Positions 9,848 through 20,085 of a stretch of 64,000 bases of DNA are shown here, piece after piece (the first letter of the stretch is position 1; the number at the start of each line of letters is the position of its first letter). Source of the stretch: a virus (taxonomy: Duplodnaviria > Caudoviricetes); IMG/VR virus record IMGVR_UViG_3300037419_002279, positions 1 through 64,000 of that record; one strand, given 5' to 3'. The notes below the pieces were generated by a model. It was not told where the DNA came from. It saw only the letters and a list, made by a program, of their open reading frames with translations, and made no database searches. Made by a program: the position numbers and the translations under genes.

Positions 9848-12042
9848 TGACCCTGCAATATCTGTCCAGCGATGCCACCACAGGCATCGACGCGACCGGC
9901 ACGCTGCCGTCCGGCTTCACCGCGCTGTCGGGCACCTGGACCGTCAACAATTCGATTTCGATCAACGGCCACGCGAACTGCATTTCCTATACCGGCGGCT
10001 CGGTCAATCAGGTCGCGCTGCTGGAAGGCCCCGGCACGCTGTCCGGCGTCGATATGTCCTTCTGCCTGCCGAACAATGCGGGCCTGACGGGCAACGCAAA
10101 CCTCGAACCCTTCGTGTGCGCCAACGCCGCCAACAACAACGGCTATCTGCTGATCATGCTGTTCAGCAGCACGACGGCGGGGCAACTCTGGCTGTTCCGG
10201 CGCGATCCCGGCGGCGACCATCTGATCACCAATCCCAGCGTCACATTGGCCTCGGGATCGACCAACTCCTACACGCTGCGCTTGCAGGTCCAGGGGGGGT
10301 CGGTCCGCGGCAAGGTCTGGTCGACGAATTCTGCGGAACCTGACTGGCAGATCAACACTACCGATTCGACCTATTCGTCGGGCTATTGCGGTTTCCAATC
10401 GAATAACGGCGGCGTGGCAAATGTCACGGCGGCAGACGTCGTTATCAATACCGTCGCCGCCAATCAGGTGATGGTCGATCAGCCACAGTCGCCGACGGTC
10501 AGCACGACATTCACCGCGTCGGGCATTTACTACGGCACCGCCCCGACGGCGATGGACTATGCATTCGACGCAACGACGCCCGGTTCCTGGGCGGCGATGA
10601 CTGGCTTTTCGACAACGACGTCGGGCGTGCCCATCAGCGGCGGCGGGCACTGGCAGGGGACCGTCACAGCCCCATCCGCGACCGGCCTGCACACCCTTAT
10701 CGTTCGCGACCACAACACGACCACGGTGCAAGGCGCGTCGGCGTCCTTCACGGCCGTTTCGGGGTCATCGACGATCAGCGTCACGACGCCCGGCACGCTG
10801 ACCCAGAGCGCATCCTACACGCTGGCCGGAACATATACCGGCACGGCACCGACCGGCGTCCAGTACGCCTACGACGGTGGATCGTCCTACACGGTCCTGA
10901 CCGGCTTCAGCGCTTCAGGCGGGACATGGTCGGGCACGGCAACCGCGCCGGCCAGCACGGGATCACACACGGTCACCGTTCAAGAGACGAACAACACGTC
11001 CATCACCGCCACGTCGTCCAGTTTCACCGTCAGCGCGGCGACGACGACGATCCCCGCCGACGGCGGGGCCTTCCACTACAGCCCCTATAACTGGAACGTC
11101 GGCAGCGGCAGGGCGAAGACGATCTGCTGCGGCGCGTACTTCTCGACCGTCTTCACCGGCGGCTCGTGCACGGCAACCTTCGACATGACCGGCCTTTCCA
11201 CGCCGTACCCGCAAATCTGGTATCGTATCGATGGCACCAATTGGTTAAGCGCCTCGATCGCGGCCACGGTAGCGCTGACGATGCCGTCGACGACCACCGG
11301 CTGGGCCAAGCACCATCTGGAAGTCATCGTCAAAAGCACCTCGGAATGGATGGATCGCTGGAACACTCAGGCGGCCTCGGTGGCGTTCACCGGCCTGACC
11401 CTGGCGAGCGGTCAGACTGCGGCTTCGCCCACAGCATCGCCGCAGCGACGGATTGTGCTGTTCGGTGACAGCATCACCGAGGGCTATCTGTCGGTGTCGA
11501 ACACGACCGATACCGCCGGCAGCGATGTCACGGTGACCTGGGGCTACCAACTGCGACATTTGCTGGGCGCCGATGTCAGCGTCATCGCCTGCGGCGGGCA
11601 GGGCATCACGCAAGGCGGACAGGGCAACTGGCCTTCGCTGATCAACGCATGGAATTTCCACTGGTCCGGACAGGCGCGAACCTACACGCCGACGCCGGAC
11701 CTGATCGTCATCAATCAGGGGCAGAATGACGGCGCGACGGGATCGGGCTTTCAGTCGCAATACGCCTCGACGTTGAATGCGATCCTGGCCGGCATCCCGA
11801 ACTGCCCGGTCGTCATTCTGATCCCGTTCTCGCAATCCCACGCCTCCGACATCCCCGCGACGGTCACGGCGGTGGGCAACAGTCGCGTGCACTACATCAC
11901 GACATCAGGCTTCTTCGATAGCTCGCTGTCGGTTGACGGTGTGCATCCGCTCGGCGTCGCCGCGCTTGATTCGCTGGCCCCGCAGGTCGCGGAAAAGCTG
12001 CGGCCGTTTCTCAACACCAGCAAGCGCTGGTCGTATTCTTGA
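9847..12042 (+). CDS. SGNH/GDSL hydrolase with Ig-like modules, copy A
   Basis: TAATG coupling; LFGDSITEG (block I), NQGQND (block III), DGVHP (block V). Confidence 0.8.
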   Translation: MTLQYLSSDATTGIDATGTLPSGFTALSGTWTVNNSISINGHANCISYTGGSVNQVALLEGPGTLSGVDMSFCLPNNAGLTGNANLEPFVCANAANNNGYLLIMLFSSTTAGQLWLFRRDPGGDHLITNPSVTLASGSTNSYTLRLQVQGGSVRGKVWSTNSAEPDWQINTTDSTYSSGYCGFQSNNGGVANVTAADVVINTVAANQVMVDQPQSPTVSTTFTASGIYYGTAPTAMDYAFDATTPGSWAAMTGFSTTTSGVPISGGGHWQGTVTAPSATGLHTLIVRDHNTTTVQGASASFTAVSGSSTISVTTPGTLTQSASYTLAGTYTGTAPTGVQYAYDGGSSYTVLTGFSASGGTWSGTATAPASTGSHTVTVQETNNTSITATSSSFTVSAATTTIPADGGAFHYSPYNWNVGSGRAKTICCGAYFSTVFTGGSCTATFDMTGLSTPYPQIWYRIDGTNWLSASIAATVALTMPSTTTGWAKHHLEVIVKSTSEWMDRWNTQAASVAFTGLTLASGQTAASPTASPQRRIVLFGDSITEGYLSVSNTTDTAGSDVTVTWGYQLRHLLGADVSVIACGGQGITQGGQGNWPSLINAWNFHWSGQARTYTPTPDLIVINQGQNDGATGSGFQSQYASTLNAILAGIPNCPVVILIPFSQSHASDIPATVTAVGNSRVHYITTSGFFDSSLSVDGVHPLGVAALDSLAPQVAEKLRPFLNTSKRWSYS

Positions 12043-12056
12043 CCAAAGGGGCAGAC

Positions 12057-13187
12057 ATGACATCTATCCGCTCGTACGGTCTGGCTGCCCTGTTGCTGGG
12101 GCTGCTGCCGGCGTCCGCCTTCGCGCAATGCGCCGGGCAGCACCGCATCCCGTTCGACTGCGCCACCGTCTCCTCTATCGCGCCGGGCGATGTCTTCCTC
12201 GGCGGCACCGTCAGCAACACCGCGACGGTGAAGTTTACCGCCGCGCAGGTGGCGGGCCTGGCGCCAGTTCAAACGGTGTTCGGCCGCACCGGGGCGGTGG
12301 TGCTGCAAGGATCGGACCTGCCGACCTCGGGCGTCACGCCCGGCAGCTATACGAACGCCAACATCACGATCGACGGGACCGGCCGCATAACCGCCGCGAC
12401 GAATGGGTCCTCGGGCGTCCCCGGCTCGGGGACCGTGACCAGCGTCGGACTGACGATGCCATCGGGCTTCACCGTCAGCAACAGCCCGATTGTCGATAGC
12501 GGCACGCTGGCGGTTTCGCTCTCGTCTCAGACCGCCAAATTCGTCCTCGCCGCACCGAACGGATCGGCAGGCACCCCGACCTGGCGGCAGCTTGTGGCAA
12601 CCGATGTGTCCGGGCTGGCAACTTCGGCGACGACCGACACAACGAACGCCGCCAACATCAGCAGCGGCAATCTTGCCGCCGCGCGGATGTCAACGAACCT
12701 GTCGGCTGCGATCGACACAGCGATCGGATCGACGCGCGGGTCGATCCTGTTCCGCGGCCTGTCGGGCTGGTCGCTTCTCGCCCCGGGCACCGCAGGCCTC
12801 GTGCTGCAAACCAATGGTGCCGGTGCTGATCCGACCTGGGTCGCGCAGACCGGCGGCACGGGCGGGCCGGCGACGGTGCCGGTGACGACGGTGGCAACCT
12901 CGGGCAGCGCGCAGACGGTGTCATTCCCGGCGAACGGTAGCGCGGCTTACGACATCACGTTGACCGCGAATTGCACGATCACCGTCAGCGGCGGCACCGC
13001 CGGGCAGATGCAGCAGATCACGGTGTTTCTGCGCCAGGATGCTACCGCAGGACGGACGCCGACCTTCCCCGCAGGTGTCCGCTGGTCCGGCGGCGCACCG
13101 CCCGCGTTCAACACGACTGCCGGGCGCATCGACGTTGTGACGCTGACCACGCCCGATGCGGGCGCGACGGTCTTCGGGAGCTACTAA
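12057..13187 (+). CDS. Fibre-like repeat protein, copy B, with predicted Sec signal peptide
   Basis: AAAGGGG RBS; [23 protein letters not shown]|Q; remainder paralogous to 8222-9847, both ending [12 protein letters not shown]. Confidence 0.65.
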   Translation: MTSIRSYGLAALLLGLLPASAFAQCAGQHRIPFDCATVSSIAPGDVFLGGTVSNTATVKFTAAQVAGLAPVQTVFGRTGAVVLQGSDLPTSGVTPGSYTNANITIDGTGRITAATNGSSGVPGSGTVTSVGLTMPSGFTVSNSPIVDSGTLAVSLSSQTAKFVLAAPNGSAGTPTWRQLVATDVSGLATSATTDTTNAANISSGNLAAARMSTNLSAAIDTAIGSTRGSILFRGLSGWSLLAPGTAGLVLQTNGAGADPTWVAQTGGTGGPATVPVTTVATSGSAQTVSFPANGSAAYDITLTANCTITVSGGTAGQMQQITVFLRQDATAGRTPTFPAGVRWSGGAPPAFNTTAGRIDVVTLTTPDAGATVFGSY

Positions 13188-13189
13188 CC

Positions 13190-15955
13190 ATGTCGCTTGT
13201 ATATCTCTCGAACGACGCGACGACGGGCATCGACGCGACCAACGCGCTGCCGTCCGGCTTTACCCAGACCGGCGGCTCCTGGTCCGTCAATTCCAGCACG
13301 ACGTGGCTTGGCCACTCGAAGCAACTGTCTGCCAATAGCGCCGCGAACAATCAGCTCGCCGTTCTGACCGGCGCCGGCACCCGTGCCGATCAAGAACTGT
13401 TCTTCACGATCCCCTACAACGCGGCGACGACCGGCAGCGAGCTATTGGAGCCGCTCGTGCGCATGGACGCCGCGGGCACCTCGACCGCCTATATGTTCAT
13501 CCTGCTGTTCGATGCCGGAAGCCCCGCCCCATCCGCAACAAGCGCGCATTTGTGGGTGTTCAAGCGTTCCGGCGGCGACAGCCTGGTTAACAATTCGTCG
13601 GTCATCAATTTCCCGGCCAACTCGACCGCGATCTCCTGTCGTGTTCAGGCTGTCGGGACCACGATCCGCGGCAAGTTCTGGGCGACGCAGACCGCCGAGC
13701 CGACCGCGTGGACCTATTCTTTTACCGACGCCGCCATCGCCAGCGGCTACTGCGGCTTTAACACCAACATCCAGGCCGGCGGCTTCTCGCCCGGCGCTGC
13801 CGATATCATCGTCAATGCCATCACCACCAATCAGGTGATGGTCAATCAGCCGGCGGCGGTCACCACCTCGACCAGCTTCACCGTGACGGGCGTTTACGAG
13901 GGCACCGCACCGACGGCGATGGATTACGCCTTCGACGCGACGGCGCCCGGAACATGGACAGCGTTCACCAGCTTCAGCGCATCGGGCGGCACATGGACGG
14001 GGACGGCGACCTCGCCGTCCGCGGCGGGCCTGCACACGCTGATCGTGCGCGACCACAACACCACGACGGTGCAGAACGCATCGCCGGCCTTCACCGTCAA
14101 TGCGCCGGCGTCGATCACCGTCACCACGCCGAGCACGCTGACGCAGAGCGCGTCCTACTCGCTGTCGGGCAGCTACACCGGGACCGCGCCGACCAATGTG
14201 CAGTACGCCTATGACGGCGGGTCCAGCTACACCGCCCTGACCGGGTTCTCAGCATCGGGTGGCGCCTGGTCAGGCACCGCGACCGCGCCCTCGGCCACCG
14301 GATCGCACACGGTTACGGTGCAGGAGACGAACAACACCGCGATCACCGCGACGTCCGGAAGCTTTACGGTGACGGTGTCGTCAACGATTCAGGTCACCAC
14401 GCCGGGGACGTTGGCGCAGAGCGCGTCCTATACGCTTTCCGGGACCTATGGGGGGACCGCACCGACCGGGGTGCAGTACGCCTATGACGGCGGGTCGAGC
14501 TACACAGTCCTGACCGGGTTCACCGCATCAGGCGGCACTTGGTCGGGCACAGGAACGGCGCCTTCGACCGCGGGGTCCCACACTGTCACCGTTCAGGAAA
14601 CGAATAACACCGCCATCACCTCGACGTCGGGTAGTTTCACCGTATCGGCGTCGAATGCGATCACCGTCAACACGCCGGGCACGGTGACTGCCGGATCGTC
14701 CTTCTCGATCAGCGGCAGCTATACCGGCACAGCGCCGACCGGGCTCAACTACAGCTTCAACGGCGGCACGAGCTACAGCACCGCGTCGGGCTTTTCGGCA
14801 TCCGGCGGCTCATGGTCGGCGATCGCCACCGCGCCCGGTAGCGCCGGCTCCTATCAGGTGACGGTGCAGGAAGCCAATGCGACCGGTGTCACAGCGACCT
14901 CGGGCAATTTCACCGTTGCCACCGGCACGATCACCATCGATCCGTCGAACGCGGCGATCATTTACTCGCCGTACACGTGGAACGTGACCGCCGGTGCGGC
15001 GCAGACCATCAATCCGGGGGCGTATTTCCGCGTCCTGTTCAGCGGCAATACGGTCGGCCTGACGTTCAACGTGGCGAACTTGTCTTCGCCGCAGTCGCAG
15101 ATCTGGGCGCGCGTCGATTTCGGCCCCTGGACGCAATACACCGTGGCGTCCTCGATCTCGCTGACGATCCCGGCTGCCACGCTTGGGAACACCGATTTCC
15201 CCTATCACTTGCTCGAAGTCATGGTGAAGTCGACCTCGGAAACGCTGAACCGCTGGAACAGCCCCTACAACACCGCTGTCATCCTGACCGGCATCGTGCT
15301 GGCCTCGGGGGCCACGGTGCTGCAAGGCTTGCGGGCGCCGCGCAATGTGCTGATCTACGGCGATTCAATCACCGAGGGCGTGCGCACGGTCGGCGAATCA
15401 GCGACCAATGATACCGACCGCAACGATGCCATGACGTCCTACGCCTATCATCTTGGCCGCGTGCTCTTAGGCGCTGAAGTCGGCGTTGTCGGCTTCGGCG
15501 CGCAGGGGATCAACAACAGCGGGTCGGGCAACGTTCCGGGCATGGTCAGCGCCTGGAATCAGCTCTATTCGGGGGCCTCGCGCAGCTTCACGCCGCAACC
15601 TGACATGATCATCATCAATCAAGGTGGTAACGACGGAAACAACGACACCCATGTGAGCATGACGACGATCCTGAACGGGCTGCTCGCGGCCTGCCCGAAC
15701 GCCGCGATCGTCGTGACGACGCCGATGCGATCGTCCGGCCAGCCGGCGTTTCTGCAACAGGCGATCGCCGCGTGCAACAATCCCCAACGCATCCGCTATC
15801 TCGATACGATCACCAATCCTTTCTACAATCCGGCGTTGGGCTCGGACACGTTGAACTTCCATCCGAACGGGCCGAACAGCGTCGCCTTCGTCGCACCGAA
15901 ATTCGCCGCCGCGGTGAAGGACTGGTTCCCCTCGCGGGGTGCCACGCACTACTAG
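13190..15955 (+). CDS. SGNH/GDSL hydrolase with Ig-like modules, copy B
   Basis: IYGDSITEG, GFGAQG, NQGGND, LNFHP; paralog of 9847-12042 with extra ~90-aa repeats. Confidence 0.8.
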   Translation: MSLVYLSNDATTGIDATNALPSGFTQTGGSWSVNSSTTWLGHSKQLSANSAANNQLAVLTGAGTRADQELFFTIPYNAATTGSELLEPLVRMDAAGTSTAYMFILLFDAGSPAPSATSAHLWVFKRSGGDSLVNNSSVINFPANSTAISCRVQAVGTTIRGKFWATQTAEPTAWTYSFTDAAIASGYCGFNTNIQAGGFSPGAADIIVNAITTNQVMVNQPAAVTTSTSFTVTGVYEGTAPTAMDYAFDATAPGTWTAFTSFSASGGTWTGTATSPSAAGLHTLIVRDHNTTTVQNASPAFTVNAPASITVTTPSTLTQSASYSLSGSYTGTAPTNVQYAYDGGSSYTALTGFSASGGAWSGTATAPSATGSHTVTVQETNNTAITATSGSFTVTVSSTIQVTTPGTLAQSASYTLSGTYGGTAPTGVQYAYDGGSSYTVLTGFTASGGTWSGTGTAPSTAGSHTVTVQETNNTAITSTSGSFTVSASNAITVNTPGTVTAGSSFSISGSYTGTAPTGLNYSFNGGTSYSTASGFSASGGSWSAIATAPGSAGSYQVTVQEANATGVTATSGNFTVATGTITIDPSNAAIIYSPYTWNVTAGAAQTINPGAYFRVLFSGNTVGLTFNVANLSSPQSQIWARVDFGPWTQYTVASSISLTIPAATLGNTDFPYHLLEVMVKSTSETLNRWNSPYNTAVILTGIVLASGATVLQGLRAPRNVLIYGDSITEGVRTVGESATNDTDRNDAMTSYAYHLGRVLLGAEVGVVGFGAQGINNSGSGNVPGMVSAWNQLYSGASRSFTPQPDMIIINQGGNDGNNDTHVSMTTILNGLLAACPNAAIVVTTPMRSSGQPAFLQQAIAACNNPQRIRYLDTITNPFYNPALGSDTLNFHPNGPNSVAFVAPKFAAAVKDWFPSRGATHY

Positions 15956-15968
15956 CGAAGGACACATC

Positions 15969-16586
15969 ATGCCGCACCCCGTGACCCCCTGGGCGCACGA
16001 CAGGCCCGTGCGCAATAACAATCCCGGCGACCTGCGCACGCGCCACACGCCGCCGCCCTGGCCCGGCCAGGTGGACGTTGACGATGACCCCGGCGGGCCG
16101 TTCGCGATCTTCGCCACCCCGGCCGACGGCTGGGCCGCCCTGGCGCTCTGGTGCCTCGATGCGCGGTACCTGCGCGGGCTGCACACCGCCCCGCAGATGA
16201 TCAACGTCTTCGCCCCGCCCGCCGACAACAACCCGACATCCGCCTATGCGCAGTTCGTCAGCGACCGCGTCGGCGCCGGCGACCTGGACCTAACCGATCC
16301 GGACCGGCTTGCCGCGCTGTGCCGCGCGATCGCCTGCTTCGAAGACGGGCGCGCATCATGGAATGAACTCGAAGTGCAGTCCGGCCTGCTGCTGGCCTCT
16401 GCCCGCTGGCCGGAATGGAAGGCGGCGCGGCTGGGCGATCAGCCGCCGATGCAGGCGGTGCCGGTGCACGAGCAGACCGCACCGCTGCCGGCGGATCCGG
16501 CGATCGAGATTGCCGGGCTGTCGGACGCCGACCGGCTGAACCAGGCCGAACTCGATCGGCTGCATCGCGAACAGGGAACGGCGTGA
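15969..16586 (+). CDS. Putative endolysin (RNNNPG-motif family)
   Basis: AAGGA RBS; RNNNPGDLR, FAIFATPADG, FAPPADNNPTSAYAQFV, AIACFEDG motifs; sits in front of a holin-like gene. Confidence 0.65.
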   Translation: MPHPVTPWAHDRPVRNNNPGDLRTRHTPPPWPGQVDVDDDPGGPFAIFATPADGWAALALWCLDARYLRGLHTAPQMINVFAPPADNNPTSAYAQFVSDRVGAGDLDLTDPDRLAALCRAIACFEDGRASWNELEVQSGLLLASARWPEWKAARLGDQPPMQAVPVHEQTAPLPADPAIEIAGLSDADRLNQAELDRLHREQGTA

Positions 16587-17048
16587 ATGGACAGCAACCC
16601 GATCGTCAACGCGCTGATCAGCCTGGCCTCGTTTGCCGTCAGCATCGCCATCCCGATCCTGCTGCCCGCGCTGCTGCGCCGGCTGAAGATCGCGTCCGAT
16701 AGCGACCTAGCACGGCGGCTGGATACCGCGGCGAACGCCGCCGCCGGCCTGGCCTATCAGCAGGCCGCGGCGCGGGCGAACAGGCTGGCACTGACCAGCG
16801 GCCTCGGCGATCCGGGAACGCATGCGGCCGCGGTCAACGCCGGGACCAACTACGTCGTGCGGCACCTGCCCGATGCGATGCAACGCCTCGGCGTTTCCGT
16901 CCCCGACGTCGCCGAAATGGTGTCAGCGCGGCTCGGCACGCTGCTTGCCGCCGACCCCTCTGTCACCGCCGGACAGCCGATCGGCGTGCCGCCGCCGCGG
17001 GCGGCATCGATCCCGGTCGAACCGGCCGACGGCCATCCAACCGCATAG
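16587..17048 (+). CDS. Putative holin
   Basis: N-terminal TM (IVNALISLASFAVSIAIPILL) followed by a basic patch; position in lysis cassette. Confidence 0.55.
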   Translation: MDSNPIVNALISLASFAVSIAIPILLPALLRRLKIASDSDLARRLDTAANAAAGLAYQQAAARANRLALTSGLGDPGTHAAAVNAGTNYVVRHLPDAMQRLGVSVPDVAEMVSARLGTLLAADPSVTAGQPIGVPPPRAASIPVEPADGHPTA

Positions 17049-17061
17049 GGGGTTCATTGCC

Positions 17062-17229
17062 ATGCTGACGATCCTGATCATCATCGTGCTGCTGCTCGCC
17101 CTCGGCGCGCTGCCGGCCTGGCCGTATTCCCGGTCCTGGGGCTACTATCCCGCCGGCGGCCTCGGCTTGATCGTGATCATACTGCTGATCGTCATAGTGT
17201 TTACCGGTGTCGGTCCGTTTCGCTACTAG
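17062..17229 (+). CDS. DUF3309 small membrane protein
   Basis: MLTILIIIVLLLALGALPAWPYSRSWGYYPAGGLGLIVIILLI matches the family pattern LP.WPYSR.WGY.P.GGLG. Confidence 0.85.
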   Translation: MLTILIIIVLLLALGALPAWPYSRSWGYYPAGGLGLIVIILLIVIVFTGVGPFRY

Positions 17230-17351
17230 GCCAGGATACGCGCAACGTGTCGGCACCGCCGATCCGCTAGTGACGCGCATCGAAACCGTTTAGCGGTTCC
17301 CAGTCGTTCACAGCCGCGTGATAATGTCCCGATCAGTCGGGACGTTCCCCC

Positions 17352-17798
17352 ATGCCCAATCAGTCAGAGCGTGATGTCCAATTATGGTGCGCCGTCGTTT
17401 TGCAGGCGCGCGAAGACATCGAAACGCTGCCGATCGGTTCGACCGACTATGAAGCTGCGACGGCATTTCTGACCAGCAACGCGGCATATTGGCGTCATAG
17501 TCGCAATGAAATCGCGGCGCATATCGGGGTCGACGGCGACGCGCTGAAAAAGGTCGGCACCGCCTGGGTGATCGCCCGGCGCCGCAGCGAAGGTCTGCCG
17601 GATCATCCGCCCGTCGTCGCCCCGCGGCCGGCGCCCGCACGGCCGTCACTACGCAGCGCCTGGACGGCGGCGCCGCCGCCACGGACGCCGCTGCTGCTAC
17701 GCGAAGCGCTGAAGGCCGGCCGGCAGCGGACGCCCGACCGCAACCCGTTCAACCCGTTCCGCCGGCAGGTGGAAAATTTCGCTTGTGCCGACGGCTGA
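17352..17798 (+). CDS. Hypothetical protein (LWCAVVLQAREDI family)
   Basis: 148-aa ORF with plausible phage-type N-terminus. Confidence 0.55.
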   Translation: MPNQSERDVQLWCAVVLQAREDIETLPIGSTDYEAATAFLTSNAAYWRHSRNEIAAHIGVDGDALKKVGTAWVIARRRSEGLPDHPPVVAPRPAPARPSLRSAWTAAPPPRTPLLLREALKAGRQRTPDRNPFNPFRRQVENFACADG

Positions 17799-18005
17799 CC
17801 GCCCTGATCACTGATGACCGGTTACAGACCGGCACCGAGGCACTGTGATCAATACACACCGGCCCTGTAGACCGATGCGCGCACCTTACGCGTATGAAAC
17901 AGATAACGCAAGGGGCCGGTAAGATTTCGCTTGAAATCGACCATCGCGCCATCGATGATCCCTGTGTCTGACTGGCGTAAACGATTCCTACCCCAATGCC
18001 AATCG

Positions 18006-18034
18006 CCGGCCCCTGTTCCCCGGGGCCGGTTTTT
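18006..18034 (+). terminator. Intrinsic terminator after lysis region
   Basis: CCGGCCCC/GGGGCCGG stem followed by TTTTT. Confidence 0.75.
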
Positions 18035-18044
18035 CGTTTGGGGC

Positions 18045-18539
18045 TCATTGCTCGCCGGTCCTGTCGTAGAGGTCGCGCAGCAGCGGCATGGTCTGATCGA
18101 TCAGGTCGATCGCCCTACCGCCGGCGCCACGCTTCGCCACGCCGGGGATAGCCAGCAGCCCGGCGCGCAGGTCGGCCAGCATCAGCATCAGGTCGGCCAG
18201 GCTACGCGACAGACTGCCATCGGCGGCCTGCGGGATCAGCACGCGCCGCTGTTCGCGCCGTTCGATGGCGTCGAGCGCTTCCAGCCCCAGCGGCGTGATC
18301 CGGTAGACGGTTTCGGTGTCAGCATACCGCCGGCGGCGCACATCTTCGGCCGGTAGTTCCTCGTGCGTGCGCTTGTCGCGGAAGACCGCGATCGTCCAGA
18401 ACTTCGAACTGCACTGCATGACCGGCTGTGCGCCGTGGCGGGGGCAGACCGTCGGGCCGTCCCGGCGTAGCGTTTCCAGCCAGCGCCGCTGACCTGCCGT
18501 CATGCGGTCTGTCACCACAGGGGATATCTTGTATGGCAT
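18045..18539 (-). CDS. Hypothetical protein
   Basis: 164-aa ORF ending at the terminator; ETVYRITPLGLEAL wing-like segment. Confidence 0.5.
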   Translation of the reverse strand: MPYKISPVVTDRMTAGQRRWLETLRRDGPTVCPRHGAQPVMQCSSKFWTIAVFRDKRTHEELPAEDVRRRRYADTETVYRITPLGLEALDAIERREQRRVLIPQAADGSLSRSLADLMLMLADLRAGLLAIPGVAKRGAGGRAIDLIDQTMPLLRDLYDRTGEQ

Positions 18540-18751
18540 GGACGGGGACTCGCCGCGAGGACGGCGCGCAGGTGGTGTTGCTGACCGTTGTCCCGCCGAC
18601 CTGGGGCGCGCGCGGCCCGCACGGACACGTCGTCAGGGAATGCCCGTGCTGCGGCGATCAGATCCGCACCCGCGAGGTGGCGCAGGCGATCGCCGACTTC
18701 GTGTTTCCGCGGCCGAATCATGACCGGCACTATAATCGGGCGGCGTCGTGA
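18533..18751 (+). CDS. Small CPCC zinc-ribbon-like protein
   Basis: GGGGA RBS; RECPCCG. Confidence 0.4.
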   Translation: MAWTGTRREDGAQVVLLTVVPPTWGARGPHGHVVRECPCCGDQIRTREVAQAIADFVFPRPNHDRHYNRAAS

Positions 18752-18891
18752 GCGTCCTCTGCTTCTTCTTCCCGTGCCGGTGGGTCCATGTCGACGCCGG
18801 CATCTGGCAGTGCCGACGGTGTAAGACCTGTTCATCCGGGCGCGTCCCGGCGCGGTCGCAATGTCCGCCGCAGCCGCATCTGCCTCATTGA
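18748..18891 (+). CDS. 47-aa Cys-rich microprotein
   Basis: GTGA overlap; VSVLCFFFPCRWVHVDAGIWQCRRCKTCSSGR; not in ORF track. Confidence 0.45.
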   Translation: MSVLCFFFPCRWVHVDAGIWQCRRCKTCSSGRVPARSQCPPQPHLPH

Positions 18892-19100
18892 TGCGCGGCC
18901 GCCCCGTAGTTGCGCACGGGGAAGAATGTCGCCCGATGGCCGTAGGTCCCGAGGCCGAGGACCAGGAACAGCGAAATCGCCACCGACGCGGCCAGGAACA
19001 GCGCCATCGCCGCGTTGTCGCTCAGTGTCAGGCCAGTCGCGAGACACGCCGCCATCAGTAGGGCCGCGACCGCCAAGGCCAGCAGCATCCACATGCGCAT
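18885..19100 (-). CDS. Small two-TM membrane protein
   Basis: GAGGG RBS; two hydrophobic stretches. Confidence 0.5.
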   Translation of the reverse strand: MRMWMLLALAVAALLMAACLATGLTLSDNAAMALFLAASVAISLFLVLGLGTYGHRATFFPVRNYGAAAHQ

Positions 19101-19130
19101 CCCTCGACCGCAGATCAGGAGCATACCGCT

Positions 19131-19421
19131 ATGAGCGACCGGAAACCCCTATTCCCGGCCCGGCCGGGTGACGACGTCGTGACCGCGCCGCCACCGCCGC
19201 CACCGCCGTCAGCCCCGTCCCCGCCGCCGGCCCCGACGATCGATACCGAGATGGCCGGGCGGATCGAGCGCGCCGTCATCGACGTCTTCATGCGGCGGTT
19301 CAACCCGGAACGCCTGCCCTATGCCCAAGCCCGGATCCTGGTGACGCTCGAACTCGAAATCGTCAGCGTGCTTGTCCGGGAACTGGCGACGACGCCGGCG
19401 TCACGGGCGGCCCCCCCCTGA
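19131..19421 (+). CDS. Hypothetical Pro-rich protein
   Basis: AGGAG RBS at about 19118. Confidence 0.55.
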   Translation: MSDRKPLFPARPGDDVVTAPPPPPPPSAPSPPPAPTIDTEMAGRIERAVIDVFMRRFNPERLPYAQARILVTLELEIVSVLVRELATTPASRAAPP

Positions 19422-19511
19422 GGCGCGTCAGCAGGCGGCGCTTATGCAAATTATGAAAGTTAATTCTAATCGAACGTTTTGCCCGTACGGCAAAACTGCA
19501 TAGGAGCCGCT

Positions 19512-19745
19512 ATGAGCGACAAGCCGGTAACCCCAACGACCGCCTGCCCCATCGCCACGGCGGTTGCTGCCGACGTTCTCGCGCGCGCAGAGCGCGGCCT
19601 TAAGAAGTATGGCGTCCCGTTGTCGCGCACGGACCTGTCGCGTGCAGAATGGTTGCAACATCTCTACGAAGAGTTGCTCGATGCCGCTGCTTATACGCGG
19701 ACCTTGATCGAGTTGGAAAAAGCCAATGTCACCAACAAAGCCTGA
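19512..19745 (+). CDS. Small conserved phage protein, possibly NTP-pyrophosphohydrolase-like
   Basis: TAGGAG RBS; RAERGLKKYG..L.RTDL..EWLQHLYEELLDAAAY. Confidence 0.55.
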   Translation: MSDKPVTPTTACPIATAVAADVLARAERGLKKYGVPLSRTDLSRAEWLQHLYEELLDAAAYTRTLIELEKANVTNKA

Positions 19746-19759
19746 ATCAATGGCGACGG

Positions 19760-19858
19760 TCACTGTTCCGTCCGGAAACGGTCGATTGAGCCGCGCCGTA
19801 AAGCCGCATAGGAGGCGATAATCGCAGCCTTGCAATCCCGTTCCGCCGGTTCATCCAT
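19760..19858 (-). CDS. 32-aa ORF divergent from the peptide array
   Basis: AGAGGGGG RBS; MDEPAERDCKAAIIASYAALRRGSIDRFRTEQ. Confidence 0.3.
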   Translation of the reverse strand: MDEPAERDCKAAIIASYAALRRGSIDRFRTEQ

Positions 19859-19962
19859 CGCATGCCCCCTCTGATGTATTTGTTGGCCGATGCAGGCTAT
19901 TGGATACCCTTGTGTAAAGTTGTTATCTGTGCTTCTGTTCCTCTGGAACCGGAGTATGCGAC

Positions 19963-20073
19963 ATGAAGGCGTTGCTCTTGGCTATCGCGCTACTTGCCGG
20001 CATTGGCGTCGGCGCGACGATCTACATCGGAATACAACCGGCGCATGCGGAATGCGGCGGCCCGAACTGCTGA
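19963..20073 (+). CDS. Secreted Cys-peptide precursor 1 (predicted core ECGGPNC)
   Basis: GGAG RBS; MKALLLAIALLAGIGVGATIYIGIQPAHA|ECGGPNC. Confidence 0.85.
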   Translation: MKALLLAIALLAGIGVGATIYIGIQPAHAECGGPNC

Positions 20074-20085
20074 TAGGCCCATGCC

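Noticed and set aside
4232-15955. Diversity-generating retroelement or invertible fibre cassette
   Set aside because: No reverse transcriptase or invertase. The duplicated genes differ at all base types, not only adenines, and are in direct orientation.
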